Source of the DNA: a virus
Taxonomy: Duplodnaviria; Caudoviricetes
Strand: one strand, 5' to 3'
Length of the DNA: 64,000 nucleotides
Virus record (IMG/VR): IMGVR_UViG_3300035112_000003
Location: 799-64,798 of that record
Shown: positions 28,812 to 39,413 of the stretch, one piece after another
Numbering within the stretch: position 1 is the first letter of the stretch
How the letters are laid out: each line of letters opens with the position of its first letter
Program-made: the position numbers and the translations under genes
Notes under the pieces: generated by a model
What the model saw: the letters and a program-made list of their open reading frames with translations, nothing else
What the model was told of the DNA's origin: nothing
The model's database searches: none

Positions 28812-29449
28812 AATTGTTTTAGATTATTATCAGTTCCATCATTATATACGTCTGTGGGGACTGCTCTTTCTGCTATTAATTTTTCTATTATATATTGTCT
28901 GACTACAGGTAAAAAATCAGGCGGCACATTCAATTCAGAATTAAGATCACTACTTACCCCGCCACTAATCATCTTCACTGTAGCCGTAAAATCTGTCAAT
29001 ATTAACGGGGTCTTCGCTCTCACAAATTTGCCTTCCTGCAAATACAATATTTTATTAGCTATTGGCCTCATGCTGTCAAAATACCCCCACTGATTAACGC
29101 TTAATGGGATGCCCGGCAATGAAGTGAACCCATCAGCCTTAAATCTTATCTCTGACAATCCCATGCTATTACCTATGCCTACTGGGATTTCAGGAAGTTC
29201 AAGTTTATAGCACAAATTATCTGTACTATCTTGACTTATAACCAACCCGGAAAAGGTACTATAAAAGCCGTTATTCACATACCCTACGCCATCTAGCTGA
29301 ATAGCACCTTTATACGCTGCTTGCGCTGCAACTCCGATCCCTTCCGAACAATACAAGTTCACTAGATTATAGGTAATCTCCGCATCGTCAGTAGGTTTTT
29401 GGCCATAGACTTGCATTAATATAGATTCCAAAAATTGACCTCTAATCAT
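28808..29449 (-). CDS. Tail ring/connector protein
   Basis: Y.LELPE.P and C-terminal LNVPPDF helix typical of adaptor paralogues; synteny. Confidence 0.65.
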   Translation of the reverse strand: MIRGQFLESILMQVYGQKPTDDAEITYNLVNLYCSEGIGVAAQAAYKGAIQLDGVGYVNNGFYSTFSGLVISQDSTDNLCYKLELPEIPVGIGNSMGLSEIRFKADGFTSLPGIPLSVNQWGYFDSMRPIANKILYLQEGKFVRAKTPLILTDFTATVKMISGGVSSDLNSELNVPPDFLPVVRQYIIEKLIAERAVPTDVYNDGTDNNLKQL

Positions 29450-30120
29450 TACTGACCTGTTGTTTTGATTACCTGACTATATTGTTCCACTACATTCAAT
29501 TGTAAATTAACTCCCACAATAGCAAGCGCACGCACAATGATTTGTAATAAATCCAAGTCAAGCCATTGTGGTTGTACGCTTGTCCCGGGGTTATAAATTG
29601 GCCGATTATATATATCTGGCGTAAACCCCCAATTTAATGTATTAGGTTGTTTTATATAAGATAAATATGCAGCCCCTAACGTAGTTGGATAAAACTGAAA
29701 GCCATCTTTATATATAAGATAAAATGGATTTGTGGCAACTGGGTCAATGAAACTATTCAGATGGCTGAACAATCTATCCTGCTGAATGAACTTAACCCTC
29801 TGTCTATACGCGCCATATGTCATTGCGTCAGAATTTAAATACCCAGCCGGGTATGCGGATTGTCCATTCCCATCCACGGTTAGAGTAACTGGCGCAGGTA
29901 TGAACGGACTAAGGCGCTGTCGAATGTCCTCATTCTGGCCAAAATCAACAGGCGCAAAAGGTCTACCTGGTACATACTTCTGGAATTCCCCCAGTAAGTA
30001 ATCCATGTAGGAATTTTGCGCCTGATTAATTACTAGATTGAAGGCGGATGGGGCAAGGTTGCCATTCTGATTTTTACGAATGGCATAAAGCATTATAGAA
30101 TATACATCATTTATATCCAA
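29449..30120 (-). CDS. Tail ring/head-tail connector protein (TTG start)
   Basis: KNQNG.LAP..FN....AQ and YIKQP..LNWGF motifs of crAss-like ring proteins. Confidence 0.75.
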   Translation of the reverse strand: MDINDVYSIMLYAIRKNQNGNLAPSAFNLVINQAQNSYMDYLLGEFQKYVPGRPFAPVDFGQNEDIRQRLSPFIPAPVTLTVDGNGQSAYPAGYLNSDAMTYGAYRQRVKFIQQDRLFSHLNSFIDPVATNPFYLIYKDGFQFYPTTLGAAYLSYIKQPNTLNWGFTPDIYNRPIYNPGTSVQPQWLDLDLLQIIVRALAIVGVNLQLNVVEQYSQVIKTTGQ

Positions 30121-30138
30121 TTGAGCCCCTCCTTATTT

Positions 30139-31050
30139 TTACGTTGCTAAGTGATCTAATCGGCCTTTAAATTCTTTCCCTTCGCTTGAATTGGTTAGTG
30201 CAAGTTGTGTCAAATACTGGATTGGGTTCTCTCCTTTTGGCATATTACAAGCTACCGCGCCGTTGCTTCCCCAATATACTCTGCCATCATTTCTTGAAAT
30301 ATCCAGCTTCCCGTCAATGATTACTTGCCTAATCTTATAATGAACATCTACTTCTTTTGAATCAAAACTTTTTTCGAACGCTGCCGGATTGCGTTTTGCT
30401 ATCAACAGGTATTCCATTCTCAATGAATCATCCGACTTAGGCGCACCTGTTATATCGTGCGTTAATTTGCCGCCCAAATAGAATAAATGCTTTTTCATTT
30501 TCTCTACTGGCTGTGTTTGGGCCTTCATTAACATCTGGATTTCTTTCATTTCCGATGCCAGCCTTTCTTTATCAGCGGCTTCTGGATCGTATAAAAAGAA
30601 CTCTGTTTTGCTTGTCTTAGTCCTATTGGGATTTAACCGGTTATGACAGCATAATTCCATAAACTCCAACTTCGCCTTATCATGCTTTTGAACAAACATG
30701 AACCTTGATCCTTTCGGCCATTCCAGAAATTCCATTAGTTTCCCCGCTTTATTTTCTGGAATATCCTTTTGATCTTTCGCCCAGATAGAAGGAACGCCTT
30801 TCAGCAATCTGATCATCTGCAATCCCTGTTCTGGTTCTTTCGGATTAATAACATAGTCTATTGGCTGAATATAAACGCCACCCACATTTTTCTTTGCCAG
30901 CTTAAAACATACCAACCCGTTTTCGCTATCATTTACTCCATTTATGGAGCCTTTAATTTTCGCTTCAGGCACATAGTCTACATCAGTAGGTTTTACTTTT
31001 TCTTCTGGTTCTCCATTCAGGGAGAAATTAATGTCTTTTAAAGATGCCAT
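30139..31050 (-). CDS. Structural-module protein downstream of the MCP
   Basis: Synteny; H..NP, F..YDPE and AKRNP..F motifs typical of this gene position in Bacteroidota podophages. Confidence 0.6.
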   Translation of the reverse strand: MASLKDINFSLNGEPEEKVKPTDVDYVPEAKIKGSINGVNDSENGLVCFKLAKKNVGGVYIQPIDYVINPKEPEQGLQMIRLLKGVPSIWAKDQKDIPENKAGKLMEFLEWPKGSRFMFVQKHDKAKLEFMELCCHNRLNPNRTKTSKTEFFLYDPEAADKERLASEMKEIQMLMKAQTQPVEKMKKHLFYLGGKLTHDITGAPKSDDSLRMEYLLIAKRNPAAFEKSFDSKEVDVHYKIRQVIIDGKLDISRNDGRVYWGSNGAVACNMPKGENPIQYLTQLALTNSSEGKEFKGRLDHLAT

Positions 31051-31109
31051 GGTTTTTAATTTTAATGTGGCGCATTTTTAAGGGAGATCACCCACGCCAA
31101 AACATTATT

Positions 31110-31137
31110 AAATAGAGCCCCCAATTAAGGGGGCTCT
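31110..31137 (-). terminator. Terminator after the major capsid gene
   Basis: AGAGCCCCC-N6-GGGGGCTCT stem with T-rich tail. Confidence 0.8.
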
Positions 31138-31147
31138 TTATTACTAT

Positions 31148-32587
31148 TTATGCACTTACAATGTTTACAAATTGATTGGCTGCTACATTTCTTATTGATC
31201 TGTAGGTTGCCATCTCAATATTATCCCGCAGCGTACCATCTGTAGGATTGGTAGAACCACCACCCCAGTTCCATACACGAATACCATTACCTATTGAACC
31301 GCCTTTAGGAGGTTGTTGGCTCATGACGGTAATGTTTTTGTAAACGCGAGAGGGGGTTTTTGCATCAGGTGTTTCACCCATTGGACATAAGAAACCATAG
31401 TTACGGTAATAATCCGTAGCAGGTGTTAACCCGGTATATGCTTCGGTGTTGAAGTTCCGGTATTTCCCGATCTGGAAACGGTACCCGTCAATATCAATCA
31501 CCTTGAAGCCATAGGCTACGCTTGCATCTTCTGATTTTTCCCCTTGTCCCCAAACAAATGCACCGGCTGGGAAGGTTTGGAAAATACCATCAGAGAAATC
31601 CTGGCGTTGGAAAATATCAGCCATCCACATATTCTGTTTTACACAGCCATTTACATCCATAACGCGGGTCAGCGTATGCAGGAATGGGATATCAAGATTG
31701 CCCGGCGTATAAGTCACTGTTTCTCCATCGGCTGCAATTTTAGGTAATAAGCCTTGGCAACCCACAGAAGTATCGGTGCCTAATCCGGTATTATCTACAG
31801 AATCCCCGAACATCAATTTACGCTCTACGTTATTTACGAAACGTTGTGATGCTTTTACAAGTCCCAAATAAGTGAAATAAGATACGCCAGCCTGAGCCGC
31901 ACCGCCGATAGGAGAACCGCTTACCCCACTATCAATGAACACATCGGTCATTTCACCAAGATCGGTAGCTGACCATGTATCATGAATTTCAGTGATGTTG
32001 TTATCGTATCTCTGAGTAAGATATACTTGCGGGATGTTTGTTCCAGATGCTTCACCCACATCCACACGACCACCGAATATAATTACATCCGTAGCCAGCA
32101 ATGTAGACGCTTGACCAGCGGAAGTTAGTGATTGAGTGGATTTTTTCGGGCGAAGATTGAAGGTAAATGCATTCGCAGTTTCAACGATTGGCCCAAGTAT
32201 TTCACCGCCTACGCCGGTAGAAGCAATATAAATTGTTTCTCCAACACGTAAGGGTGATTGAGTACCTGAATTATAGTGGAATGCCGAAGCAAGCGTACAT
32301 GCCACGGTAGCGCCAGCGGTAGCACCAGAAGCATTAGATGCCAACTGAATACCGATCTGAAGTTTACCACGGCTTTCAAACCAGAAGAAGTTCCGGTTCA
32401 TTACCTGCTCCATGCCGCCATAAGTGGCTAACCACCACGTCCAGTTTTCTGCACCGTATTTTTCAACGAATTGTTTATAGTATTGGGGCGTAAGTAATTG
32501 TAGATTAGATACCAACGCCCGATTCGCGCCGCCAGACACCGATATATTGCCTGGCTGTAATATGTTACTGGTAGGAATTCCTGCCAT
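31148..32587 (-). CDS. Major capsid protein
   Basis: 479 aa after the scaffold gene; P.YY...VEKYG, F.WFE.RG and GLLPKI motifs; followed by a terminator. Confidence 0.85.
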   Translation of the reverse strand: MAGIPTSNILQPGNISVSGGANRALVSNLQLLTPQYYKQFVEKYGAENWTWWLATYGGMEQVMNRNFFWFESRGKLQIGIQLASNASGATAGATVACTLASAFHYNSGTQSPLRVGETIYIASTGVGGEILGPIVETANAFTFNLRPKKSTQSLTSAGQASTLLATDVIIFGGRVDVGEASGTNIPQVYLTQRYDNNITEIHDTWSATDLGEMTDVFIDSGVSGSPIGGAAQAGVSYFTYLGLVKASQRFVNNVERKLMFGDSVDNTGLGTDTSVGCQGLLPKIAADGETVTYTPGNLDIPFLHTLTRVMDVNGCVKQNMWMADIFQRQDFSDGIFQTFPAGAFVWGQGEKSEDASVAYGFKVIDIDGYRFQIGKYRNFNTEAYTGLTPATDYYRNYGFLCPMGETPDAKTPSRVYKNITVMSQQPPKGGSIGNGIRVWNWGGGSTNPTDGTLRDNIEMATYRSIRNVAANQFVNIVSA

Positions 32588-32614
32588 TGTTTTAAAATTT
32601 AATTAGTGAAAAGA

Positions 32615-33805
32615 TTACATGTTCCAAATGCTTTCTGCCAGTGCTTGTGATTCGTTTTTAGGCGCTGCTTTTGTTGGATCGGTCGGCCCAAGTGTTGGGC
32701 TTACCCCTTTCAGGTTAATGTTGTTCTGATTTTTAATAAGGTGCGCTTTCATTTGAGCGGCAGCCTCATTTGCGATTTTTTGATGAATTTTATCCCGGTT
32801 GCTCAATGAATACAAATCCTCTTGCATCAATGTTACTTTCGGGTTTCCTTGTTCATCAAACCATCTTTTTGCAAAAAAATCAGTTACATTAAAATCCTGC
32901 AATGATTGTTTTGAAGCATTCAATTCTTCTGGATTAATCCCGTAACTAATAGGCAATTGAACATCTCCGTCTTTTGCTGTTACGTTAAACCCTTTGAAGT
33001 TTTGATAATTGCTTTCCACTGCACCTAAATAAGCCTGTCGGCCAGCTTCCATAGCCGCCAATTCTTCTGGCGTTGGGCCTGTTTGCTGCACTTGTGGCTT
33101 TTGTATTTCTGGTAGAACTATTTGCGATTTGTATTGTGATAGTTCAGGTTTTGCCAGCTTTGCGTCAATGATCATATCCTGCTGCTTTTCCTGAACTTGT
33201 TGCTTCCATTGATCCATTACAGCGGCATATTCTTCATCAGTTTGAAGGTCTGTTTGCTGTGGTTGTGGAGGCATTGAATATTGCCGGGTAAAGAGCCGGT
33301 CAATTTCTTGTGTAGAAAGGTCTTTATATTTGAATTGGAGATTTGTCCGAATGATTTCGGCGGCCTGATTTGCATCGGCTACATCATACTTTTCAAGCCT
33401 GTCAAGCTGCCTTTTTTGATTTATATAATTGTAGATTTCATCCTCTTTGGAATCATCATACACCCATTTTTGTTCTTGTGGTTGAACCGGTTCTTTGGGC
33501 TTATTGTACTCTTCCCATTTACTTTTAAATTCACTCGCATCTAAGCCGAACTCTCTTTTGAAATAATCGTTCACATCAAGCACTTCTTCAGCATCTGCGT
33601 GTTCTGCTATGGCCGCCTGTGTTTCAGTAGCGGTTTGTGCTGTTTCTTGTGTCTGCGCCTGCTCTGGATTCTGATAAGGCGTAGTTTGCATACCCCATAA
33701 AGAATCACCTACTATTTGGCTTACTTGGGGGGTGGCTGTTACAACCTGTTCCTGTGGCTCAGGTTGCGCGGTTGCGGTCTGTTCTAAAATTGCTGTTTCT
33801 GACAT
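32615..33805 (-). CDS. Scaffolding-like protein
   Basis: Acidic, Gln/Glu-rich helical protein immediately upstream of the MCP. Confidence 0.7.
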   Translation of the reverse strand: MSETAILEQTATAQPEPQEQVVTATPQVSQIVGDSLWGMQTTPYQNPEQAQTQETAQTATETQAAIAEHADAEEVLDVNDYFKREFGLDASEFKSKWEEYNKPKEPVQPQEQKWVYDDSKEDEIYNYINQKRQLDRLEKYDVADANQAAEIIRTNLQFKYKDLSTQEIDRLFTRQYSMPPQPQQTDLQTDEEYAAVMDQWKQQVQEKQQDMIIDAKLAKPELSQYKSQIVLPEIQKPQVQQTGPTPEELAAMEAGRQAYLGAVESNYQNFKGFNVTAKDGDVQLPISYGINPEELNASKQSLQDFNVTDFFAKRWFDEQGNPKVTLMQEDLYSLSNRDKIHQKIANEAAAQMKAHLIKNQNNINLKGVSPTLGPTDPTKAAPKNESQALAESIWNM

Positions 33806-33826
33806 AAATTCAATGGGTTAGTTAAA

Positions 33827-33849
33827 GCTACAACGTTGTAGCAAATCTA
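33827..33849 (-). promoter_or_regulatory. Capsid-operon promoter (TAGATTTG) abutting the perfect palindrome GCTACAACGTTGTAGC
   Basis: 16-bp perfect inverted repeat at 33827-33842; -7 element at 33842-33849. Confidence 0.7.
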
Positions 33850-33860
33850 TAAAAAAAATA

Positions 33861-34211
33861 TTAATACGGCCTATTCAAAAAGACTAAAACCTTGGTGGCA
33901 GCGGCTGAAGCACCTCCGAATTGTATATACATACAAGGAACTGTTATTTTATACAATCCAGATGCAGACACGGATGTGACCGCTGTTCCAGTTGCAAGAT
34001 TCGTGGCTTGAATTGCAGTATAGTTAATACTGGCAAGTGCATTAGGATTTGTTGAACCGGTTATTTCATTCCCGTCATTGCTTCCTGTAATATTGATTGT
34101 GCCCGTTGGTGTAACAAATTGGAAGGTTGCTGTCTCCCACTCTGACAAACAGAGCTTCACCCCATTATTACTATTGAAATCAGCAGTAACATCTAATAAT
34201 CTGGCTATCAT
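33861..34211 (-). CDS. Small beta-sandwich structural protein
   Basis: TGTINITGSNDG jelly-roll-like motif; between portal and scaffold genes. Confidence 0.55.
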   Translation of the reverse strand: MIARLLDVTADFNSNNGVKLCLSEWETATFQFVTPTGTINITGSNDGNEITGSTNPNALASINYTAIQATNLATGTAVTSVSASGLYKITVPCMYIQFGGASAAATKVLVFLNRPY

Positions 34212-34215
34212 ACAG

Positions 34216-34494
34216 TTAATATGTAATTGTTATGAGATCGTTTACTTTCAATACTCCGCTGGTATCCGAATCGAATCTATTTTGGGGCAAAGTAGGAACA
34301 ACTAAAAAGCTATGCCCATAAGTATCGATAGAATCAATTAGCCCCGTTTTTGATGAACTGGATATACTACAAGAATTGCCTACAGAAAGAACCGGCAATA
34401 CGCTAAGAGATTCAGCGCCGCTTAAAATCACCCTCACCCCAGTTCCTTTGTATGCCGGTTGAGCTACGGTTACAGTGCAATTAATGGTTGACAT
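34216..34494 (-). CDS. Small structural-module protein
   Basis: Position after the portal; beta-rich. Confidence 0.5.
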   Translation of the reverse strand: MSTINCTVTVAQPAYKGTGVRVILSGAESLSVLPVLSVGNSCSISSSSKTGLIDSIDTYGHSFLVVPTLPQNRFDSDTSGVLKVNDLITITY

Positions 34495-34504
34495 ATTAAA
34501 TATT

Positions 34505-36946
34505 TTATTGTGGCTGCATTTGTTGTTCTTGCATTTCTTGTTCCTGTGGCTCCCCTTCCTGCTGCGCCTCTGGCCCAGGTTGTTGCTGTTGTTGAGATTG
34601 CGCCATTATATTTTGCATCATAGCTTGTGTCTCTTGCTGCAATGGCAACGTTATCCCCGGAATTGCATAGTTAATCACATTAGATAACCATGACGGCATT
34701 GTGCCGCCTTCAGTAGCCGCCTTAGACGCAAAAGCAAAGCCCCCCCGTACCAGTTCTATTTTTATTTGCTGTAAAGCCTTAAACTCTTCTAGCTCCTTAT
34801 CTGCATCTAGTTTATCCTGCTGTAATTGTTTATCTGATTGGGCTTTTAATGCTGCTGCCTGCTGTTGAACTTGCGCGTTTTGTTGGCTTTGTTGCTGTGC
34901 ATTTTCTTGTTCGGCGCGAATCATGCGCTTCATTGAATTCCTGAAATACAAAGAAGCTAGCTTAGTATTTTCTTTGGCAATTCGTTTTAATTTAGCTGGG
35001 TCTAAATAATTGATCAATTGAGGGTTGGCGGCCAGTGCTTGGTTTACCGAATTAGTTAAATCTGCAATCTCAAATTGATCTGGCAGCAATTCAAACTTAG
35101 TAGAAAACTGCCGATCATTTACATCTTCCTCTTTTAGTAAGTGCCTGTAAGTTTTAGCGCCAAAACGAACTGAATTATTCAACAAACAGGCCACTTTCTT
35201 CGCCGTTTCTTCCATTATGTACTTATAGGCATCATACATGTAATCAGTAGCAAATGCCGCTGTTTGCTGTGACGCTTGCACATTCTCAGAAGTGACCCTT
35301 GGTTGAACTGCTTGTGTAATAAGGTTCGGGTCTTCCCCTAATTGATCTTTTAAAACACGGTATTGGAAGTCATATTGCGCGATAAGCCCTTGCATAGCTC
35401 CAACAAATCCGGCGTTTTGCAATTCCTGAATAGGAACAGGTAATGGATTGCCTTCTGCATCCCTGCCCCGATAATACAATCTACCAGTTTGCTCGTATAC
35501 TTTTTGAACATTAATTGGGCTTGTTCCATCGGCAGCCAATCCTAAATCAACTTCATTAATCGCATCTATATTAATAGCTGCACCGGGCGGTATCATGGTA
35601 GCTATAACTTGCTGCATCTTTAAGATGATAACAATCATAGCCTCAATTGGCTGTTCTATTTTTTCAGGTAATGCGATATTTCGCATATCCTGATTTTGAT
35701 ACATGTAAAGACTGATTGGGAATTCCACATCACCTGATTCTTTCGGGTCTTGTGGTCGTATCATATTATTATCCAATCCCCATTCCAGCATCTTTTGAGC
35801 ATACCGAACGTAAACCCCTTTATATAAATTCCACTTGTCTTTCTTTACAAACTCCTGGTTGTCGCCAACACTATTCGGCGCTTGCTGCCTGCGCTCAATA
35901 ATAGTACTCTGGTTTTGCTTAGTAACCGTCATCAGGTACCCATCTTCATCCACCGACTTAATCCAGAAGTAGATGCACTCTACGTTCCATTCGTCGTAAG
36001 GTCGAATATAAGCCAGCAACCAATCATAATTCCATGTGAGCTTATCGAAGCGTTGATATTCCTGTGATGTTTGGGCAATTAAAAACAAGTCTTCCTCTGA
36101 TAATGTGCCACCAAACTCCTTCCCATACTTACGCCTTATCTCAGATATTTTAAGAGATTTGACAAAGCCACGCATGGCCGTATCTCTCATATCATCATAT
36201 TCAGAATATGAGTATAAAGAATTTAATGGCTTCACCCATTCTACATGCACTACACCATATTCATCCATCCATACGTAAGTAGAAACCAACCCGCATTCTA
36301 TAGAATCATGAAGTATCTTTTTCTTTAAAACATCGAAAAATCCCTGCGACTGAAGAATATCATTCGTACCTATTTCGTATTTTATCTCTTCTGGCAACCG
36401 CTGCCCAGCAATTGCCCATTCTTCCAGATCATCTTTATCTTCTGCTACAAATTGATCAGGGCTGATCATTGGTACTCCCGACTGCTGCTGAAGCTCTTCT
36501 AACTGCTTACGATTATAAAGCACAAATTCAGCTTGCTCATATTGATCTTGTTTATCTTTAACAGATATTGGATCAACTGCCGTTACCTGCACTTTCTCTA
36601 TCCGCTGCATCCACCTGCCTACTAACCCAGTAATAATCCGGTTAACCAGCATGGGAGCGCTGTACTTCAAATTTGCGTAGTTAACTTTCCCATTAAAGTT
36701 CAGAAGATCAGCAAATTTCGCATATATATTAATCTTTCCTGATGACCACAATATATTGGTTTTGAACCTATCGTTCCTAAGGAAACTATAACCATTACTA
36801 ACGCCTGCCGAATATTTCTGCTCTATATCCAGTGCTAATTGTTTCCCATATTTAGGGTCAAGTTTATCCTTGACATTCTTTGTGAGAAGAAAATCTTTAT
36901 ATGATTGCCCGGAAATTCCTATGCTTTGTGACTGATTTTCAGACAT
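34505..36946 (-). CDS. Portal protein
   Basis: 813 aa after TerL; VTAVDPIS and YEQTGRLYYR motifs; Gln-rich C-terminal barrel. Confidence 0.88.
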   Translation of the reverse strand: MSENQSQSIGISGQSYKDFLLTKNVKDKLDPKYGKQLALDIEQKYSAGVSNGYSFLRNDRFKTNILWSSGKINIYAKFADLLNFNGKVNYANLKYSAPMLVNRIITGLVGRWMQRIEKVQVTAVDPISVKDKQDQYEQAEFVLYNRKQLEELQQQSGVPMISPDQFVAEDKDDLEEWAIAGQRLPEEIKYEIGTNDILQSQGFFDVLKKKILHDSIECGLVSTYVWMDEYGVVHVEWVKPLNSLYSYSEYDDMRDTAMRGFVKSLKISEIRRKYGKEFGGTLSEEDLFLIAQTSQEYQRFDKLTWNYDWLLAYIRPYDEWNVECIYFWIKSVDEDGYLMTVTKQNQSTIIERRQQAPNSVGDNQEFVKKDKWNLYKGVYVRYAQKMLEWGLDNNMIRPQDPKESGDVEFPISLYMYQNQDMRNIALPEKIEQPIEAMIVIILKMQQVIATMIPPGAAINIDAINEVDLGLAADGTSPINVQKVYEQTGRLYYRGRDAEGNPLPVPIQELQNAGFVGAMQGLIAQYDFQYRVLKDQLGEDPNLITQAVQPRVTSENVQASQQTAAFATDYMYDAYKYIMEETAKKVACLLNNSVRFGAKTYRHLLKEEDVNDRQFSTKFELLPDQFEIADLTNSVNQALAANPQLINYLDPAKLKRIAKENTKLASLYFRNSMKRMIRAEQENAQQQSQQNAQVQQQAAALKAQSDKQLQQDKLDADKELEEFKALQQIKIELVRGGFAFASKAATEGGTMPSWLSNVINYAIPGITLPLQQETQAMMQNIMAQSQQQQQPGPEAQQEGEPQEQEMQEQQMQPQ

Positions 36947-36963
36947 TTTTAGAGAAAGTTAAT

Positions 36964-37003
36964 CAAATGTAAGAATTTTTTAATTGACCTACAACGATTT
37001 AGC
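36964..37003 (-). promoter_or_regulatory. Portal promoter (TACATTTG) with upstream palindrome variant CCTACAACGATTTAGC
   Basis: -7 element at 36964-36971; motif at 36988-37003. Confidence 0.6.
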
Positions 37004-39075
37004 TAATTGACCGAAAAATTTTGATTATTTGTGTTAACATAACTGCGAACCAGCGGCTCAGAAGGCGGCTTTGGCTTCCGGATCGGCTCCATCAAACACA
37101 CCAAAAGCATTAAAAATGATACCACTGTATCGTAAGCCGTACGATCGTACGGGTCAAAAACCTTAGCATTTTGCAATAACTCTTCAAAATCTATCAGTTC
37201 ACAATAGTTCTCAAAGTAGGCTATGCCACAATCCAGTTGTTTGGTCAAGCTAAATGGAGTAGTGGGGAACCCTTTGAACCGGTCTGCATTCTCCCGCTTA
37301 GTTGGATCAATGGTACTTAATGGATAAGTTCCTAAATATCCGACCTTCCCTCTATCCCTGAAATATGACAGATAATCATCGCTATTGTGTTCGTACCATA
37401 TTTTGAACCCAAAATATTCTCCGGCCAGCATTACCTGTTCATGAAGCGTTTCTTTAACCGCTGGCCGCCCATATAGATGGCCAATAGCTTTACCTGTGTT
37501 ATGAGGATTTAGCATATCCGGCCTTAACCCAATCCATGCAGATGCTTTTGATCCATACTTTCTACCGCCCTGGCTATTGGAATATCCATCAACAGCTATA
37601 GCGCCTATTTCAACTCGATCTGGATACCTAAGTTTATTTTCATATTTAAACTTGTTTTCCTGACCTTTTTCAGGGAATGCAGTAATTGTCCAATGGAAAT
37701 TCTTTTCGCTTTCCTGAATATCCCTCCATCTTACTACCTGATCTAAATCTCTATAGAAAATTATTTTACGCTTGTAAATTGGACTCTCTTCAAGTTCTTT
37801 AAGCCGCCTGTTTATATTGAAAGAATTGAATGCGCAATTAGTGTTGGCAGCTTCAAACATTTCGTCTACGGTACAGGGATTCATACGAATTTCTTCTTCC
37901 AATAAATCTCCCGTTAATCCCTCTCTTCTTTTTACCATCACATATTGTCGCGCACCCATTTTAATATCTTCTTCAGTGAGTTCGGATACTACTACACCTG
38001 TGATTGGGTCTTTCTTAACCCACTTATCTACTAGGTACTGGAATTGTTCATGGGTTGGCTCTCCAATAACCGACATTCCATGCCGATCAATAAATCCTTC
38101 ATATCCATCATAAGCAGCAGAGAAATATGTAACAAACCTGTTTGGTGTTGGCCTATTAGGATATTTGAATTGATTGGCTCCATCCCATGATTTCTTAAAT
38201 GCCGCGCCGCCGCCTTTTGTCATCTCGTTTACGGTGGATGGTGCCTCACAAAATCCTACACGCTTTGCGCCTTTAATCATAGTCTTACTGACTATTGAAA
38301 TGAATTTAGCGAAATCAACTTCTGTCGGCCATTTACCTCCTTCATCTGCAAGGATTCTCGTCATCCTACCCCGATCGTAGGCATTTAATACGGGTGCCCT
38401 ATAATTTATTTTTGATTTCTGCCCACCATCTGTAGCCTCTCCATTCTTTAACCTAGCAGCAAAAACTAGTTCTGTTACACTATCTGCCCTGTTTAGCTGT
38501 CTGGGTTTTAAGAAAATTGGCAATTGATTGTAGCCATTGCGAACCATGTCAGTGAACGTATCTCTACTATCCACATTGGTTTTACTAACTAAGCCACAAT
38601 TGCTATTAGTAAAAAATATACACTCGTAAACAAGATTTGATGTCGCCTGAGACGACGCCCCCTCACGCCTTTTTTTACCACGGAAAACACCTAAACACCA
38701 TAGTACATTTTCCCAATGATTTAAAAACAAAAAATACCGACGATCCGTATCGCGGTATTCTGGGTAAATATCATCTTCAAGTTTCCACCAATTTAAATAA
38801 AAGTAATTTTTACCGGTTATGAAAGTAGGGGAACCATTATTGAAAAACCAATACCCTTCTCTGCACTTTATTACTTCTTCTCTGGCAAATTGCTCTTGTT
38901 CGGGTGTCAATAAAGCATTCCCATCATCATCATATTCTATCCTGTTAAAGAATGATGGCAATTCCCTGCGTTTCCATACTTGCGCCTGGTTCTCTTTCCC
39001 CCATCCGGCCATTAACGTCTCCAACGGATTATCGGGAGTATACGTTAACGACCCATAGACATCTACATATAACAT
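37003..39075 (-). CDS. terL: Terminase large subunit
   Basis: Walker A variant KKRREGAS, Walker B ILADEGGK, STVN coupling motif, nuclease AVDGY and C-terminal YD.VVS. Confidence 0.92.
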   Translation of the reverse strand: MLYVDVYGSLTYTPDNPLETLMAGWGKENQAQVWKRRELPSFFNRIEYDDDGNALLTPEQEQFAREEVIKCREGYWFFNNGSPTFITGKNYFYLNWWKLEDDIYPEYRDTDRRYFLFLNHWENVLWCLGVFRGKKRREGASSQATSNLVYECIFFTNSNCGLVSKTNVDSRDTFTDMVRNGYNQLPIFLKPRQLNRADSVTELVFAARLKNGEATDGGQKSKINYRAPVLNAYDRGRMTRILADEGGKWPTEVDFAKFISIVSKTMIKGAKRVGFCEAPSTVNEMTKGGGAAFKKSWDGANQFKYPNRPTPNRFVTYFSAAYDGYEGFIDRHGMSVIGEPTHEQFQYLVDKWVKKDPITGVVVSELTEEDIKMGARQYVMVKRREGLTGDLLEEEIRMNPCTVDEMFEAANTNCAFNSFNINRRLKELEESPIYKRKIIFYRDLDQVVRWRDIQESEKNFHWTITAFPEKGQENKFKYENKLRYPDRVEIGAIAVDGYSNSQGGRKYGSKASAWIGLRPDMLNPHNTGKAIGHLYGRPAVKETLHEQVMLAGEYFGFKIWYEHNSDDYLSYFRDRGKVGYLGTYPLSTIDPTKRENADRFKGFPTTPFSLTKQLDCGIAYFENYCELIDFEELLQNAKVFDPYDRTAYDTVVSFLMLLVCLMEPIRKPKPPSEPLVRSYVNTNNQNFSVN

Positions 39076-39407
39076 TAGTCTCTTTTTGTTGCTACGGTTT
39101 CTATAAATGGTTTACGAGCTACGTCTTTATCTTCATCCCCTGTAATGCCCGCTATTGTTCCAAGTACTTTTGCTGAACTTGCAACGGTTTCACTCTTTTC
39201 CAATAATTTGAAAATACGATCGAAGCTCTTGTCTTTTGGATCATCTAGGTTTATGCTCTTCAAAGAGTTGTCATTAAGCATATCCCCCATCTCGTTCATC
39301 TTTCTATTCAAAGCATAATACAACTTAGCTGATCCGTTTTGTTCATAAACGGACAACCTATCTTCTAGTACTTTTATCTTCTTTTCTAATTCTTTTTCAT
39401 CAGGCAT
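39075..39407 (-). CDS. Probable terminase small subunit
   Basis: Helical 110-aa protein translationally coupled to TerL; C-terminal PFIE. Confidence 0.55.
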   Translation of the reverse strand: MPDEKELEKKIKVLEDRLSVYEQNGSAKLYYALNRKMNEMGDMLNDNSLKSINLDDPKDKSFDRIFKLLEKSETVASSAKVLGTIAGITGDEDKDVARKPFIETVATKRD

Positions 39408-39413
39408 GTGTCA

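Noticed and set aside
37003-39075. Intein or intron in TerL (also checked RecA)
   Set aside because: Motifs are continuous and sizes normal; no splice-junction C...HN motifs or LAGLIDADG blocks seen
9695-39176. Many + strand ORFs antisense to the structural genes
   Set aside because: They are shadows of long - strand genes with no recognisable motifs or independent signals
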